Shown piece by piece: positions 25,125-39,400 of a stretch of DNA of 64,000 bases. The position numbers and the translations under genes are program-made. The stretch lies in assembly GCA_964016885.1 (NCBI GenBank), contig OZ024745.1:58466001-58530000 (forward strand), in the 5' to 3' direction. Positions within the stretch are counted from its first letter, which is position 1; every line of letters begins with the position of its first letter. The stretch comes from Eledone cirrhosa. Taxonomy: Eukaryota. The notes beneath the pieces are model-generated. The model made no database searches. It was not told where the DNA came from and saw nothing but the letters and a program-made list of their open reading frames with translations.

Positions 25125-25710
25125 TAATAATAATGAAATTATTGTGTACAGTGCTCAGGTGCATTACAACTCATCAAAGGTGCATGTATTGTAAATAGAA
25201 TAATGTACAAATATCAGGAGAGTGAACAGTGCATGAATCTTGATATATACACAGGTGTGTGTGTGTGTACGGAGGCGGAATATCACGTGTAGTGTTGGAG
25301 AATTTTAGAAAGCAATATATATGCTGGGGTTCCATAATGAAATTATTGTGTACAGTGCTCAGGTGCATTACAGCACATCAAAGGTGCATGTATAGTACAT
25401 AGAATAATTGTTTCTACTTTTGGCACAAGGCCAGTAATTACCCAGTGCATTACTGGTACTTTATTTTATCGACCCTGTAAGGATGAAAGGTAAAGTTAAC
25501 CCTGCCGGGATTTGAACTCAGAATGGCAAGGGCCGTAACTCTATGCGCCAAAGCATGGCACCCGACCCTCTAACGATACTGCCAATCCATCGCCCTTATA
25601 GTACATAGAATAATGTACAAATGTCAGGAGAGTGAACAGTGCAGGAATCTTGATATATACACAGGTGCAGTGTTGGAGAATTTCGGAAAGCAATATATAT
25701 GCTGGGGTTC
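25125..25710 (-). mobile_element. Tandem CR1 3'-UTR fragments with a nested family A SINE (about 25406-25597, TSD AGTACATAGAATAAT)
   Basis: Reverse complement of the 41085-41375 3' UTR; the SINE is flanked by a 15-bp duplication. Confidence 0.8.
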
Positions 25711-26154
25711 CACTTGCCCTCCCCACCAGACAAAGGTCTGATGGTGAAGTGGGTTTAGTTACTCACCACAAGACTATAAAGCAGGTTGTACTGAGTTACA
25801 TGGTACCAGTAGCAGGCAGGAGCCTGACTCTACATATCCATATCACGATTGATATTCAGTCATACTGTCCTTTTAGATGGGTGACAGGTTGACCCTGCAT
25901 GTTCTAATTTTTGGCATGTTTCCAGTGGCTGATTAAACTATGGGTGGGTCGTGGATGGTATGGTAGGTAGGGTTGGTGTGACCAAGGTAGGTTAAAAGGA
26001 CCAGAGTAGGTTGGTGTTGGGTGGAGGGGGGAGGGGGGGGGGGGGGGTATATAGCAGGCTAATGATAGGCTGGTGGTGAGGTTTAGCTGTAGTGATTGTT
26101 GTAGGTTGTGGTGGGCATTGTGGCAGGTTATTGTGGTGGGTTGTAATGATTATG

Positions 26155-29100
26155 GTAGGTTGGTGATGGCTGGGGTAGCAGTGTGATGGTAGGTTGGTGA
26201 TGGCTGGGGTAGCAGTGTGATGGCAAGGGTAGCAGTGTGATGGTAGGTTGGTGATGGCAGGGGTAGCAGTGTGATGGTAGGTTGATGATGGCTGGGGTAG
26301 CAGTGTGATGGTAGGTTGATGATGGCAGGGGTAGCAGTGTGATGGTAGGTTGGTGATGGCTGAGGTAGCAGTGTGATGGTAGGTTGGTGATGGCAGGGGT
26401 AGTAGTGTGATGGTAGGTTGGTGATGGCTGAGGTAGCAGTGTGATGGTAGGTTGGTGATGGCAGGGGTAGTAGTGTGATGGTAGGTTGGTGATGGCAGGG
26501 GTAGCAGTGTGATGGTAGGTTGGTGATGGCTGAGGTAGCAGTGTGATGGTAGGTTGGTGATGGCAGGGGTAGTAGTGTGATGGTAGGTTGGTGATGGCAG
26601 GGGTAGTAGTGTGATGGTAGGTTGGTGATGGCAGGGGTAGCAGTGTGATGGTAGGTTGGTGATGGCTGAGGTAGCAGTGTGATGGTAGGTTGGTGATGGC
26701 AGGGGTAGTAGTGTGATGGCAGGGGTAGCAGTGTGATGGTAGGTTGATGATGGCTGGGGTAGCAGTGTGATGGTAGGATGGTGATGGCTGGGGTAGCAGT
26801 GTGATGGTAGGTTGGTGATGGCTGAGGTAGCAGTGTGATGGTAGGTTGGTGATGGCTGGGGTAGCAGTGTGATGGTAGGTTGGTGATGGCTGAGGTAGCA
26901 GTGTGATGGTAGGTTGGTGATGGCAGGGGTAGCAGTGTGATGGTAGGTTGGTGATGGCTGAGGTAGCAGTGTGATGGTAGGTTGGTGATGGCAGGGGTAG
27001 TAGTGTGATGGCAGGGGTAGCAGTGTGATGGTAGGTTGATGATGGCTGGGGTAGCAGTGTGATGGTAGGATGGTGATGGCAGGGGTAGCAGTGTGATGGT
27101 AGGTTGGTGATGGCAGGGGTAGCAGTGTGATGGCAGGGGTAGCAGTGTGATGGTAGGTTGATGATGGCTGGGGTAGCAGTGTGATGGTAGGATGGTGATG
27201 GCAGGGGTAGCAGTGTGATGGTAGGTTGGTGATGGCAGGGGTAGCAGTGTGATGGTAGGTTGATGATGGCTGGGGTAGCAGTGTGATGGTAGGATGGTGA
27301 TGGCAGGGGTAGCAGTGTGATGGTAGGATGGTGATGGCAGGGGTAGCAGTGTGATGGTAGGTTGGTGATGGCAGGGGTAGCAGTGTGATGGCAGGGGTAG
27401 CAGTGTGATGGTAGGTTGATGATGGCTGGGGTAGCAGTGTGATGGTAGGATGGTGATGGCAGGGGTAGCAGTGTGATGGTAGGTTGGTGATGGCAGGGGT
27501 AGCAGTGTGATGGCAAGGGTAGCAGTGTGATGGTAGGTTGGTGATGGCAGGGGTAGCAGTGTGATGGTAGGTTGATGATGGCTGGGGTAGCAGTGTGATG
27601 GTAGGTTGATGATGGCAGGGGTAGCAGTGTGATGGTAGGTTGGTGATGGCTGAGGTAGCAGTGTGATGGTAGGTTGGTGATGGCAGGGGTAGTAGTGTGA
27701 TGGTAGGTTGGTGATGGCTGAGGTAGCAGTGTGATGGTAGGTTGGTGATGGCAGGGGTAGTAGTGTGATGGTAGGTTGGTGATGGCAGGGGTAGCAGTGT
27801 GATGGTAGGTTGGTGATGGCTGAGGTAGCAGTGTGATGGTAGGTTGGTGATGGCAGGGGTAGTAGTGTGATGGTAGGTTGGTGATGGCAGGGGTAGTAGT
27901 GTGATGGTAGGTTGGTGATGGCAGGGGTAGCAGTGTGATGGTAGGTTGGTGATGGCTGAGGTAGCAGTGTGATGGTAGGTTGGTGATGGCAGGGGTAGTA
28001 GTGTGATGGCAGGGGTAGCAGTGTGATGGTAGGTTGATGATGGCTGGGGTAGCAGTGTGATGGTAGGATGGTGATGGCTGGGGTAGCAGTGTGATGGTAG
28101 GTTGGTGATGGCTGAGGTAGCAGTGTGATGGTAGGTTGGTGATGGCTGGGGTAGCAGTGTGATGGTAGGTTGGTGATGGCTGAGGTAGCAGTGTGATGGT
28201 AGGTTGGTGATGGCAGGGGTAGCAGTGTGATGGTAGGTTGGTGATGGCTGAGGTAGCAGTGTGATGGTAGGTTGGTGATGGCAGGGGTAGTAGTGTGATG
28301 GCAGGGGTAGCAGTGTGATGGTAGGTTGATGATGGCTGGGGTAGCAGTGTGATGGTAGGATGGTGATGGCAGGGGTAGCAGTGTGATGGTAGGTTGGTGA
28401 TGGCAGGGGTAGCAGTGTGATGGCAGGGGTAGCAGTGTGATGGTAGGTTGATGATGGCTGGGGTAGCAGTGTGATGGTAGGATGGTGATGGCAGGGGTAG
28501 CAGTGTGATGGTAGGTTGGTGATGGCAGGGGTAGCAGTGTGATGGTAGGTTGATGATGGCTGGGGTAGCAGTGTGATGGTAGGATGGTGATGGCAGGGGT
28601 AGCAGTGTGATGGTAGGATGGTGATGGCAGGGGTAGCAGTGTGATGGTAGGTTGGTGATGGCAGGGGTAGCAGTGTGATGGCAGGGGTAGCAGTGTGATG
28701 GTAGGTTGATGATGGCTGGGGTAGCAGTGTGATGGTAGGATGGTGATGGCAGGGGTAGCAGTGTGATGGTAGGTTGGTGATGGCAGGGGTAGCAGTGTGA
28801 TGGCAGGGGTAGCAGTGTGATGGTAGGTTGATGATGGCTGGGGTAGCAGTGTGATGGTAGGATGGTGATGGCAGGGGTAGCAGTGTGATGGTAGGTTGGT
28901 GATGGCAGGGGTAGCAGTGTGATGGTAGGTTGGTGATGGCAGGGGTAGCAGTGTGATGGTAGGTTGATGATGGCTGGGGTAGCAGTGTGATGGTAGGTTG
29001 GTGATGGCAGGGGTAGCAGTGTGATGGTAGGTTGGTGATGGCTGGGGTAGCAGTGTGATGGTAGGTTGGTGATGGCAGGGGTAGCAGTGTGATGGTAGGT

Positions 29101-29441
29101 TGGTGATGGCAGGGGTAGCAGTGTGATGGTAGGTTGGTGATGGCTGGGGTAGCAGTGTGATGGTAGGTTGGTGATGGCAGGGGTAGCAGTGTGATGGTAG
29201 GTTGGTGATGGCAGGGGTAGCAGTGTGATGGTAGGTTGATGATGGCTGGGGTAGCAGTGTGATGGTAGGTTGGTGATGGCAGGGGTAGCAGTGTGATGGT
29301 AGGTTGGTGATGGCAGGGGTAGCAGTGTGATGGTAGGTTGGTGATGGCAGGGGTAGCAGTGTGATGGTAGGTTGATGATGGCAGGGGTAGCAGTGTGATG
29401 GTAGGTTGGTGATGGCTGAGGTAGCAGTGTGATGGTAGGTT
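26155..29441. repeat. 34-bp minisatellite (GGTAGGTTGGTGATGGCAGGGGTAGCAGTGTGAT)n with 20-bp deletion units and a 1290-bp block duplication
   Basis: Unit read directly. The rare variant GGCAAGGGTAG occurs at 26222 and 27512, with the same variant order following each. Confidence 0.96.
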
Positions 29442-29941
29442 ATTGGTGAACAAGAAGTCTCATGGAGAAAGAGAATAAGGTGAATGTGATCAGATCTGAT
29501 ATCAAAGTAATGGATGATGGTAAGAGAGTTAGAGAGAGTGTTAGTGTTAATGAGAGTGATAAAAATAATAATTCCTAGTATAGGCACAAGGCTAGTAATT
29601 TGGGGGGAGAGGAAAGTCGATTAAATCGACCTCAGTATATTACTGGTGCTTTATATTTTATTGACCCCGTAAGGATGAAAGGCAAAGCTAACCTAAAACT
29701 AACCTCAACGAGATTTGAACTCAGAATGTAAAAATAATAATATAAGGGTGAAGTGGGTGAATATGGGCCAATCAAATGCCCTACCTCCTCTGTTACTCAG
29801 TCAGGATGGCACAGTGAGTACCATAATGGAGTCATAAAAGAGATGGTTAAGAATAAATCCCTTTTCCATCACCTTTAACTTTAGCAGCCATGTTGCTGTA
29901 CTTGTAATATTACCAGTCATCATGATCTTGAGTAAACTCTT

Positions 29942-30263
29942 TCATGCTTCCCGAAATACGCCAAAACTACACCTGATGTACCCCTTCCATACACATGCAC
30001 ACATGTGTGTATCATGACTCGTGCACTGTTCATTTTACTGATGTTTGTGCATTGCCCTATGTACTGTACATGCACTTTTTTGATGAGTTGTGGTGCACCT
30101 GGGCACTGTACACAATATTTCATTATTGTTATTGTTATTATATCATGACTCATACACTGTTCATTTTCCTGACATTTGTACATTATTCTATGTACTATAC
30201 ATGCACCTTTGATGAGTTGTAGTGCACCTGAGCACTGTACACAATAATTTCATTATTATTATT
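29942..30263 (+). mobile_element. CR1 LINE 3' end with (ATT)n tail
   Basis: Near-identical to 41050-41365. Confidence 0.9.
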
Positions 30264-30549
30264 ATGAGGTCAGTCGTCACCACGTTATCCTATGTTTCCT
30301 TAGGCTTCCATCACCCACAGATCTTTCCATTTCAATTACTTGACACTTCCTTATACAACTCATTTTCCATATGTATTACATGTCCATACCAGTTCAGTCA
30401 TCTCTCTTGTACACTTCATCTGTTTCCTTTTATATTCAAGTTTTCTCTCAGCTAACATGTGTTCTGTAGTTTAAGCACACTCACAGTAGAAGTCAGCAAA
30501 GTATGCATACTTCATTTCTTTCTAGCTGTCACAAATCCTTTACATTTAA

Positions 30550-30770
30550 CCCTTTAGCATTTACATTACTCTATATTTACTATTATATTTTCATGGTAAA
30601 AGCTCTACCTCACATAATTATCTCACATAATATCAAATCTATGAGATTTTGATATTATTTACTTTTGAAACCATACCTTAACATCAGTATGAGCGGCTGG
30701 TTACAGCAGGTTTCAACAGAAAGAGGTGAGAGAATTCTGGCTGGATACGGCTAGTTTAAATGCTAAAGAG
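30550..30770. mobile_element. TTAA-flanked MITE, piggyBac-type
   Basis: TTAA|CCCTTTAGCATTT...AAATGCTAAAGAG|TTAA. Confidence 0.8.
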
Positions 30771-31149
30771 TTAAGGCCCATAACTCACTCTCATGCAGTA
30801 TAACAATTCAGACACAAGCATCCTCCAATATAAGAGAAAATTTGAAATGAGACAGGTACCACCTTCCAAAGTAGTTTGAAATGATAAGCTGAGACATGAT
30901 TGAAACAGCTCAGCACATTTTTGATGAGATATGAATTGGTACTGACTTTCAAATAAAATAATTTTTTACTGATTCATGATTTTCATTAGAGGAAGGTGGT
31001 TGTAAGGAAACACTTATATTAAAAAGACAAAACTATATTCTTGATACAAAATTAACATATTTGATTTTTCAGTTTAATTAATTTAATGCTTAAATGCAAT
31101 AAATCTATTACCATTACTGACGCCATGGATACATAATAAATATAGAGAG

Positions 31150-31910
31150 GGGTCAAACTGATGGATCGAGTTATGAAAGTAACAGAAAAAGTCTTAGCAC
31201 AACTGATTAGTAAGAAAATTAGCTTAGATGAGATGCAGCTTAGATTTGAGCCAGGATAGGGTACTACTGATGCTATCTTTATAGTAAGACAAGAGTAACA
31301 GTTACTAAGTAAAAGAAAGTCACTCTATTTAAGCCAGGATAGGGTACTACTGATGCTATCTTCATAGTAAGACAACAGCAACAGTTACTAAGTAAGAGAA
31401 AGTCACTCTATTTAGCATTCATTAATTTGGAGAGGGCCTTTAATAGTGTACCATGTTTTTAAAAATAGATATAGATGAATGGCCTGTGAAAGTGGTGCAA
31501 TCCATGTAAAAAGATGCTGTTAATAAAGTAGTAGTTGGCAAGGAATACAATAAAGAATTTAGAATGCAGACAAGTGTTCGCCAAAGCTCAGCCCTCTCTT
31601 GTGTACTATAGGTCTCCGGGCCATTACAGAGGAATATAAAGTCAGCTATCCATGCAAACTCCACACAGGAGTTGATAATCTATTTCTTATAGCTAAATCT
31701 GAGAAAGATCTAGAAAAGAAATTCCAAGCATGGAAACAAAATCTATAATTAAAAGGACTCAATAAATTTAACAAAAACTAAATTTCTAGTTAGTGTGATA
31801 GAAGACAGCAGCTAGTATATATTATATGTACACAAGATGTGTAATGGGATCACAGGCAAGCTAACAAAGAAGGTAGATTTTATATGTGGCTTATGTACAG
31901 GAGAAGTCAA
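31150..31910 (+). mobile_element. Degenerate RTE RT fragment with an internal tandem duplication of about 83 bp
   Basis: MKVTEKVLAQLI...LDEMQ...TTDAIFIVRQ. AGCCAGGATAGGGTACTACTGATGC occurs at about 31249 and 31332. Confidence 0.78.
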
Positions 31911-32484
31911 CAGTTAGAGCACCACTTAATGGATTTATCTCCCTACATATGTGAGAGACCACTATTCTATAACCATCATTTAAAATCCATTTATATATAT
32001 CATCATCATTATTTAGCATCCATTTTTCCATACTTGCATGGGTTAGACAGGTTGTCGACATTGGGAGGCCAGTCTGGCCAGAGTCAGCCATGCCGCACCT
32101 AGCTCCGAAGACTATAAATTTGTCCAGGTATTTTACAGCTGGATGTCCTTCTAACACCAACCACATTTACAGTGTGGATGCATATATATATATTCTTAGA
32201 AAATGTAGAAAAAAATTGTGGACACAGAAAATATCTGTAAACACAGTCTATTACTATAAATAATAACTTAGAAAATCGGGTAAAATACCCCTATAGACAG
32301 AAAAAAGTGGCCAGCCACTGCTACATTGAAACAAACTCTATCTATCTTATATCATATTTTATATGTAGGCTTGTCTGAAAATGTGTTAAGCATGTGCATA
32401 CAGAAATTAGTTAATCATAATAACAATGAAATGCAAAATATTGAATAGGGACCAATATATAGAGCCAATGAAAACTAAATTATA

Positions 32485-32822
32485 TCATCATTTCATTTTA
32501 CGTCCGCTTTTTTCCCTGCTTGCAAGGGTGGACGGGAACTGATTCTGGCTTGATATCTACAGCTGGATGCCCTTCCTAACACCAACCTCATTTACAGTGA
32601 GTGCTGGGTGCTTTTTTTTTCCCGTGGCACCTACATGTCCACTTTACAGTGGAATGATAGGGACCCCAGTCCCTATCATCTCATTTCTACAGCCGAGTAA
32701 ACTGGAGCAATGTGAAATAAAGTGTCTTGCTCAAGGAAACAACACATCACTCGGTCTGAGAATTGAACTCACAACCTTTCGATTGCAAGGCCAATGCTCT
32801 AACCACTAAGCCATGTGCCTCC
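32485..32822 (-). mobile_element. CORE-type SINE with RTE-like tail
   Basis: Near-identical to 22685-23020. Confidence 0.82.
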
Positions 32823-32850
32823 ATATATGTAAAAACAAAAAGCTTTTTAC

Positions 32851-32912
32851 CTGAGATTTCACTTTGATATCCACATATTTCTTTAATTTGTCCAATAGAG
32901 GTTGCAGGTACA
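32851..32912 (-). CDS. PIGS: PIG-S exon 8: (L)YLQPLLDKLKKYVDIKVKSQ
   Basis: cag|TG...CAG|gtaaaa, 62 nt, phase 1-0; Y.QP.L..L.......V.SQ motif. Confidence 0.94.
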
Positions 32913-35342
32913 CTGGCAATGAAATGAAGCAAAAATATTACTATTCCCAATTTTAGATATATAAATAGATATGAATATATGAATGAATTAATGGATTTTT
33001 GTCAGTTTCACTAATGAGTGTTCCAGTTGTTTGATTAACTGAAATACCAACTCTTTAAATTATAGTGTCAGTGGTTGAATATAGTCTACAGATACTAGTA
33101 CCTTCTACAGAGCTCAGCAAAATTTAAGCTAAACATAGTAAACTTAGCAAAAACCAAAGTTTTTGTAAGTAAAAAAGAAGACAGGACTCTGGTTCCATCA
33201 GGGAAGTGGCTATGCTTGATATGCAGAAAAAAAAGTAGGTAAAAACTCTAGACAATGCACACAATATAAACATGGGCACACAAGTGGAAGTGGGATTATA
33301 GGCAGATTAATAGAAATGTGAGAGATGCACAGAATAAGACCCATCCCACCAGTGAAATAAACTTTTTTCAACCCCAAGAAGACACCATAGAAATGGTTGA
33401 TAGATTCTGTTTGCTAGATGATCTAATTAGTAGTGGAGGAGGTTGCTTTGAAAGCATAGTAGCTAGAATAAAAATAAAATGGAACATGTTCAGGGAGCTA
33501 CTACCACAGTTCACACAAAACGTTTCTCTCTATGAGTGAAAGGCATTGACTATGTGACGACTGAAGAGAAATGAAGCAAACATTATATATAATAATGAAA
33601 TGATGATTTAAATTGAAACAATGTAGTGACTTAGTAGGTGAGTAAGCTATATAATAATAATAATGAAATTATTGTGTAGTGTTCAGGTGCACTACAACTC
33701 ATCAAAGGTATATGTATAGTACATAGAATAATGTACAAATGTCAGGAAAATGAACAGTGTATGAGTAATGATATACATGTGTGCGTATGTATGGAGGAGG
33801 AGTATAAACAGAATCTACCAGAAGTATGTATATTGCTGGTATGATTGACATCATCATTTAATGTCCATTTTCCTTGCTAGTAATGGTTGAATGGAGTGTC
33901 ATAGAACATGTTAATATTCAAGCAGAGCTACTGACCTCTCCAATGAGCCAAGGTCCCACATCTTGCATACAGTCCACATTCCCACACTCTATCGAGTGCT
34001 CAGATTGGATGGGTGCCCACATCCCACTTACATACATTCAGCACTCAACCTTGCAGAAATCTGAACTTAGAATATAAAAGAGTTGAATTGAACATTACAG
34101 GGTTCCTAACTACTTCACCTACTCAAATAACAATGGTTTCTTGCAATGTGGCATACAGCCACATATTTATAGGAGAGGAGGAGGATAGTAGTGTGGTATC
34201 AATTCCCAGACACCAAATAAATGAAAAGCAAAATAAATCCTGGTAGAATTTGCATTAAGAATTTAAAGAGACTGGTTTGTTTATTTAGCCACAAATGTAA
34301 CAGATGAGGGGAAATTTCAAAGATAAGTTAAAATTTAATAAGACTTACATTGAGAATGTGAAACAGGCATGAAAAACTATAGATATAACATAACATGAAA
34401 ATGTCCCAATGGGAGTACAGCAGCCTGGAATCAATTAGGGAACTCTACAGAACTAATACTTGTTTCTAAAATAGGCATAAGGCCAAATTTTTTTTTTTTA
34501 ACTGAACCCACTACTTGACTGGTACTACATTTTGGCAAGGCCAGGAGGGATGAAAGACAAAGTTAATAATAGCAGGACTTATATTCAGAATGTAAAGAGC
34601 TGAGAGAAATGCAGTAAGCTATTTCGTCTCATGCACTAATAATTCTGTGAATACACAATTTGCATTATATAGCCACATTGTCCACATAAAGTGGTGGATC
34701 GGAACAATCCAGAATCTGTAGGGTGATGGCCAAAATACCTTAAGTGATTTAATTACATCCCTTTACATTATGAGTTCAAATTCTGATGAGCTCAATTTTG
34801 CCTTTCATCCTTCCAGGGGACAATAAAATAAGTACCAATCAAGTATGCTAAGTTGTTGAATCAGCCACAATCCACTAAACCTTGTGGCCTTGTTTCTGTG
34901 TAAAAATTCATTATATGTCCAGACCAATACAGGACTGCTCCTACTCATATTTTTATAGGTTATATAAATTGGAAGTTTATATCATTTTTTTCTTCTTAAA
35001 TATCCACTATAACCTTTCCTTTGATGTTTCCACTAGCTAACAAATAAAGAGCTCTGTTGTTAAAAACAGGTTTTTAGAGGGTCCTTGGATTCATTACATA
35101 CAAATTACATACAAATGTTATATTTGCAGCAGACATTACTAAAATGGCTGCAGACCATTTTAGGTAGAAGAGGGAACAGCTGGGAGGAGGAGGAGATGGG
35201 AGTTGGAGTTCTCTGTTTTGTACCTCTTCCTGGTCTCAAACACTGTCTGTCTAAACAGAGCTAATATGAAATGAACACTTATAAGAAGCATATTAGCAAC
35301 AGAAACTGAATATGAATGTGCAAATAAAATGTAGGGCCTTAC

Positions 35343-35463
35343 AGCGTACACCTTCTTCCATGTCCCATCGAGCATCTATAATATCTGGCTGCCGACTAAA
35401 CAGTGTGAATGTGATGTCATAGTTTGTGTGGAACCGCAGTGATCGCATGCTTTCTTTGTCCGG
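35343..35463 (-). CDS. PIGS: PIG-S exon 7: PDKESMRSLRFHTNYDITFTLFSRQPDIIDARWDMEEGVR
   Basis: cag|CCG...CGCT|gtaagg, 121 nt, phase 0-1; Y.ITF.L....P......WD.E..VR motif. Confidence 0.94.
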
Positions 35464-36478
35464 CTGAAATTAGAACAAAAGTAACCAATATTTTTTGTGG
35501 TATTGACTTAAAACTAGGAAGGCTCAACCATTGAGACTATTTAGGTAACAAATACAACACAGTGCCACGATATTAACTGCTTACATTATGGAAGGTTATC
35601 CAGCAGACTTTTAACTTAACCATCAGACTTTAGTTTTTCTTATATATATAAATATAAGTTTAAAAATTTATCATAAACCACATAAGGACCACAGACAGTA
35701 CATGTGAGAACATTCTAGTATTATACAAACCACATTTACATTACTTGTTCCATGTTGTAATTTAACTCAAAACAGCAGAATGGCTTCAACTGAAATGGAC
35801 AATTTGGGGGGAGGGGAACTCGATTAAACAGACCCCAGTGCATTATTCGTACTTTAATTTATTGACTCCCATAGGGATGAAAGGCAAAAGTTAAACTTGG
35901 CAAGATTTGAAATCAGAACATAAAGGGTTATACTCTATGCTGCAAAGCATGGTGTCCAACACTCTACTTGATACTGTCAATTCACTGCACTTAACCTGGC
36001 CTATAATAACTCAGCTTCTTGCTACACCTACACTGCTTTGCACTCCAAACCCAGCACCATACATGTGCAGAGACAATGTGATGAAGATAGAAAGAGAGGA
36101 ATTACCTCAAATGATAGACTTTCCAGTTCCCATGTGTTTCCACATTCAAATAACCTCCAACTTAACTAAACTAATATTATCCATATCCTACCATCTCTCT
36201 GATCTGAGATACCTAAAACAGGAATAAATAAATGATTTCAGATTTAGGCCAACAATTTTGGGGGAGGAGAAAGTTGATTGAATCGACCCTGGTGTGTTAC
36301 TGGTACTTTGTTTTATCAACCCTGTAAGGATGAAAGGCAAAGCTAACCTTTGCAGGATTTGAACTCAAAATGTAAAAGGCCGTAACTATATGCCACAAAG
36401 CATGTCCAATGCTCTACTGATACTGTCAATCCACTCAACTAAAACAGGAATAAATAATGATAAAAGAACATAGTTTAC

Positions 36479-36588
36479 CTTAAGTTGCTTTAGACCAGCA
36501 CTAGCTTCATAGAGTCTTTCAAGTGGATGATGGCGACTCAGGACATTGTGAAACAATCTGGCAATTTTCACACTTGCTCCCACAACAT
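36479..36588 (-). CDS. PIGS: PIG-S exon 6: (D)VVGASVKIARLFHNVLSRHHPLERLYEASAGLKQLK
   Basis: tag|AT...AAG|gtaaac, 110 nt, phase 1-0, open frame, phase-compatible with both neighbours; poorly conserved region. Confidence 0.85.
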
Positions 36589-37785
36589 CTAAAAATGAAG
36601 ACCAGAACAGTTTTACTTCTTTCTCCATCTATTAATCCAAATTTACTAACATAGATTGGATGAATTCAAATCTTTAAAGTCAAAATGTTTTTCTTTTGAG
36701 TAAAGAGAATTGTAGGAAAATCTACTTTAACCCTTTCATTATCATATTTCTTAATGAAAGACACTACTTATAATTTTCAAAATAAATTATAATAGAAGGT
36801 TTAAATTTAAATATGAACAATTTAGAAAAAAAAACTTTGCATCAAAGAACCAATTGCAGTTTCAGGCAGTTTAGTACCAATCTGGCATTAATTAAAGCTA
36901 TTGTTCATTAGTTTGAGGTCTGGCTTCATCAAGGCATCTGATCAAAGATACTCCTGTTGTGACTATGCTGTTTGATAGCAGGTATTATCATCATCATTTT
37001 TATATCTGCTTTTCCATGCTTGCATAGGTTAAAATTGTCTCATGTATCATTACCTATTTCTTTAAAGATAGTCAAAAGGCCATGTAAAGTCACCCTCATT
37101 TCACTGATGATTCCAACTGTTGTAAAAGATAGTCTCACAGAACATTGTGTAACTAAATAAATTAAAGTAATTTTGTCTCCCAATAGATAATAAACAATTA
37201 GTCTGAATTTGAATTAAACTAAAATTTAATTTTGTGAAGGCAAATGGCTTGGTAGTTAGAGAATTGGATTTGCAATTATGAAGTTGCCAGTTTGATTCCA
37301 AGACCAAGCAATGCGTTATGTCCTTGAGCAAGACACTTTATTTCACAATGCTCTTTCTGCCAGGCATTGTGACCGGAAGTTAGTATCAGCAATGGAAACA
37401 TTGTTTCCTTGGTCTGATTTGACGAGTTCCACTCCACTCGGTAAGCAAATGAGGTCTGGGATCTTGTTGATTGTCTAGAAGAAAAAAGAAAATCTAATTT
37501 CAGGTTAATATAAACAACTTATTCTTTTTTGTTTAGCCACCAGGGCAGCACTGATCAGGTGGGCTTATGGTGATCAAAGGTGTTCCAGCCATGACCATCT
37601 CATCGTTTTATATATCTATAACAACATTATCCAATGTGTCCTTCCTTCTTTAAGATGGCAAAGTATGAGTTAAGGGTAATTTACCTATTTTCAATAGACC
37701 AAGCAACCATGTAGATGCTCCCTCATTAACTAAGTATAAACAATATATAATTACATAGGTGGGCAATTTACCAAGACCCACAAAA

Positions 37786-37845
<60 letters not shown>

Positions 37846-37873
37846 TTGCTGTTTACTGTGCAGCACCTACTTG

Positions 37874-37905
<32 letters not shown>

Positions 37906-37945
37906 AATTTAAGCAAAAAGAAAAAAATGAAAGAACCTAAGTTAC

Positions 37946-38089
37946 CTTCAGGTATTGAACATACAAAGATAACTTTAAACTGCCCCAGATAAGGTGTATT
38001 TTCTTTTAATGGATGGTCAGCTGGTAACAAAACTACATGATATTCTGATGATTGTGTAAATAGAATATGTCCTAACTTGTGGTCAGCAT
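37946..38089 (-). CDS. PIGS: PIG-S exon 5: (D)ADHKLGHILFTQSSEYHVVLLPADHPLKENTPYLGQFKVIFVCSIPE
   Basis: cag|AT...GAAG|gtaact, 144 nt, phase 1-1, open frame. Confidence 0.85.
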
Positions 38090-38297
38090 CTGAAAATAAG
38101 GTCAAATATATTTAATAGCAAATATTTACGTAACCTAAGATTAGAAACTTAAATGGAATAACATGCCTATTGGGTTAAGTTCACTTAGGAATAATGTGGT
38201 TTCAAGTTGAGTCTCACTACATGGCACACTGAAATACCTTGTGAGAGAATTTGGTAGATAGAAACTGTACAGTAAGGAAACCCATTGTATGCATATA

Positions 38298-38375
38298 CAA
38301 TGTGTCCCCCCAAAATGTATACACACTTTGATTACCTGTACAGGCAAGTGTATAAATATTTTGGGGGACACCCTG
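38298..38375. mobile_element. 78-bp TA-flanked MITE, Tc1/mariner-type
   Basis: TA|CAATGTGTCCCCCCAAAAT...ATTTTGGGGGACACCCTG|TA. Confidence 0.68.
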
Positions 38376-39400
38376 TATATTAACAGTTGCATTAACATGG
38401 TGTGGTTCAGAATAGAGGTGTATATGGAAACATATACAATATGTTTATGTATAACAATCATATATAGTCTGGCCATGAGTATTTTATGTTATGACCATAT
38501 CATAGTAACTGTGAGGAAACGATATACCTGTATTTCAGGATTAATCTTCAACAATGCTTACTCATTGGATCAATCCTGTTCAAAGGCATTCCAGCTTATA
38601 TTATTAACTTTGCCTTTCATCCTTACGGGGTCGATAAAATAAAGTACCAGTAATGCACTGGGCAATTGCTGGCCTTGTGCCAAACGTAGAAACAATTATT
38701 GTCTTTTTACGAGTATTTAATCAGGACTATATTATCTGATATGGTATTATTTGAGGATGATTTGACTGCTATCTTCAGCAATAATGAAAATATTGTTTTT
38801 GATACAGATAGATCCCTGGGTAATTCCATCATTTATCATGTATTTAATATACTAATTTTCACACATACTCATACATACTATTGTGTTTTTCAGCTCACTA
38901 GTTTGTCAAGTATGAAGAAGTCTAAACTTCACTTATGAAACCTACCAAGATCTTACAAAAATGGAATATATCCAAAGATTCTATGGTTTCTTTTACTGTT
39001 AACTTAAGACAGGAACAGTAGTACCTAGGATCCTTTTCAGAACCTCTAAAACTGGTGAAAGAGAGTGAAGGTATTCTCAAACTAAAGACTTGATTTGAAT
39101 TCTTGCAACACAGTAGATTCTATTAAATTTTCATAAATATTATTGATGTCTAACATGACACAATATTTGGAGAGAGAGTGTATAATGGGTGATAACATTG
39201 ACCAAAATACTAGACTAATACTTATTTATCAATCCTTGAAAAATGGTAGACAAAGTTGACCAATCAAGAATGCAATTCAGAGCATAAAGGGATGTAATTA
39301 AATGTTGCAAAGTATTTAAACTGATGTTCTATCAATATTCCAATCCAGCGAAAATAAATATTCTTATGATTTCTTAACAGGTATAATTGAAGAACAATAC

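Noticed and set aside
1-29441. CRISPR-like or telomeric interpretation of the tandem arrays
   Set aside because: No unique spacers, no cas genes, no TTAGGG units, and a eukaryotic intron context.
25992-29587. ORFs of 1153, 1145 and 462 aa rich in His/Pro/Thr
   Set aside because: The 34-bp unit has essentially no stop on the minus strand, so all frames stay open. It is an intronic repeat, not a mucin-like gene.
37365-37475. Possible extra PIG-S exon after a good minus-strand acceptor
   Set aside because: No suitable donor before it runs into a SINE, and exons 5 and 6 already join in phase.
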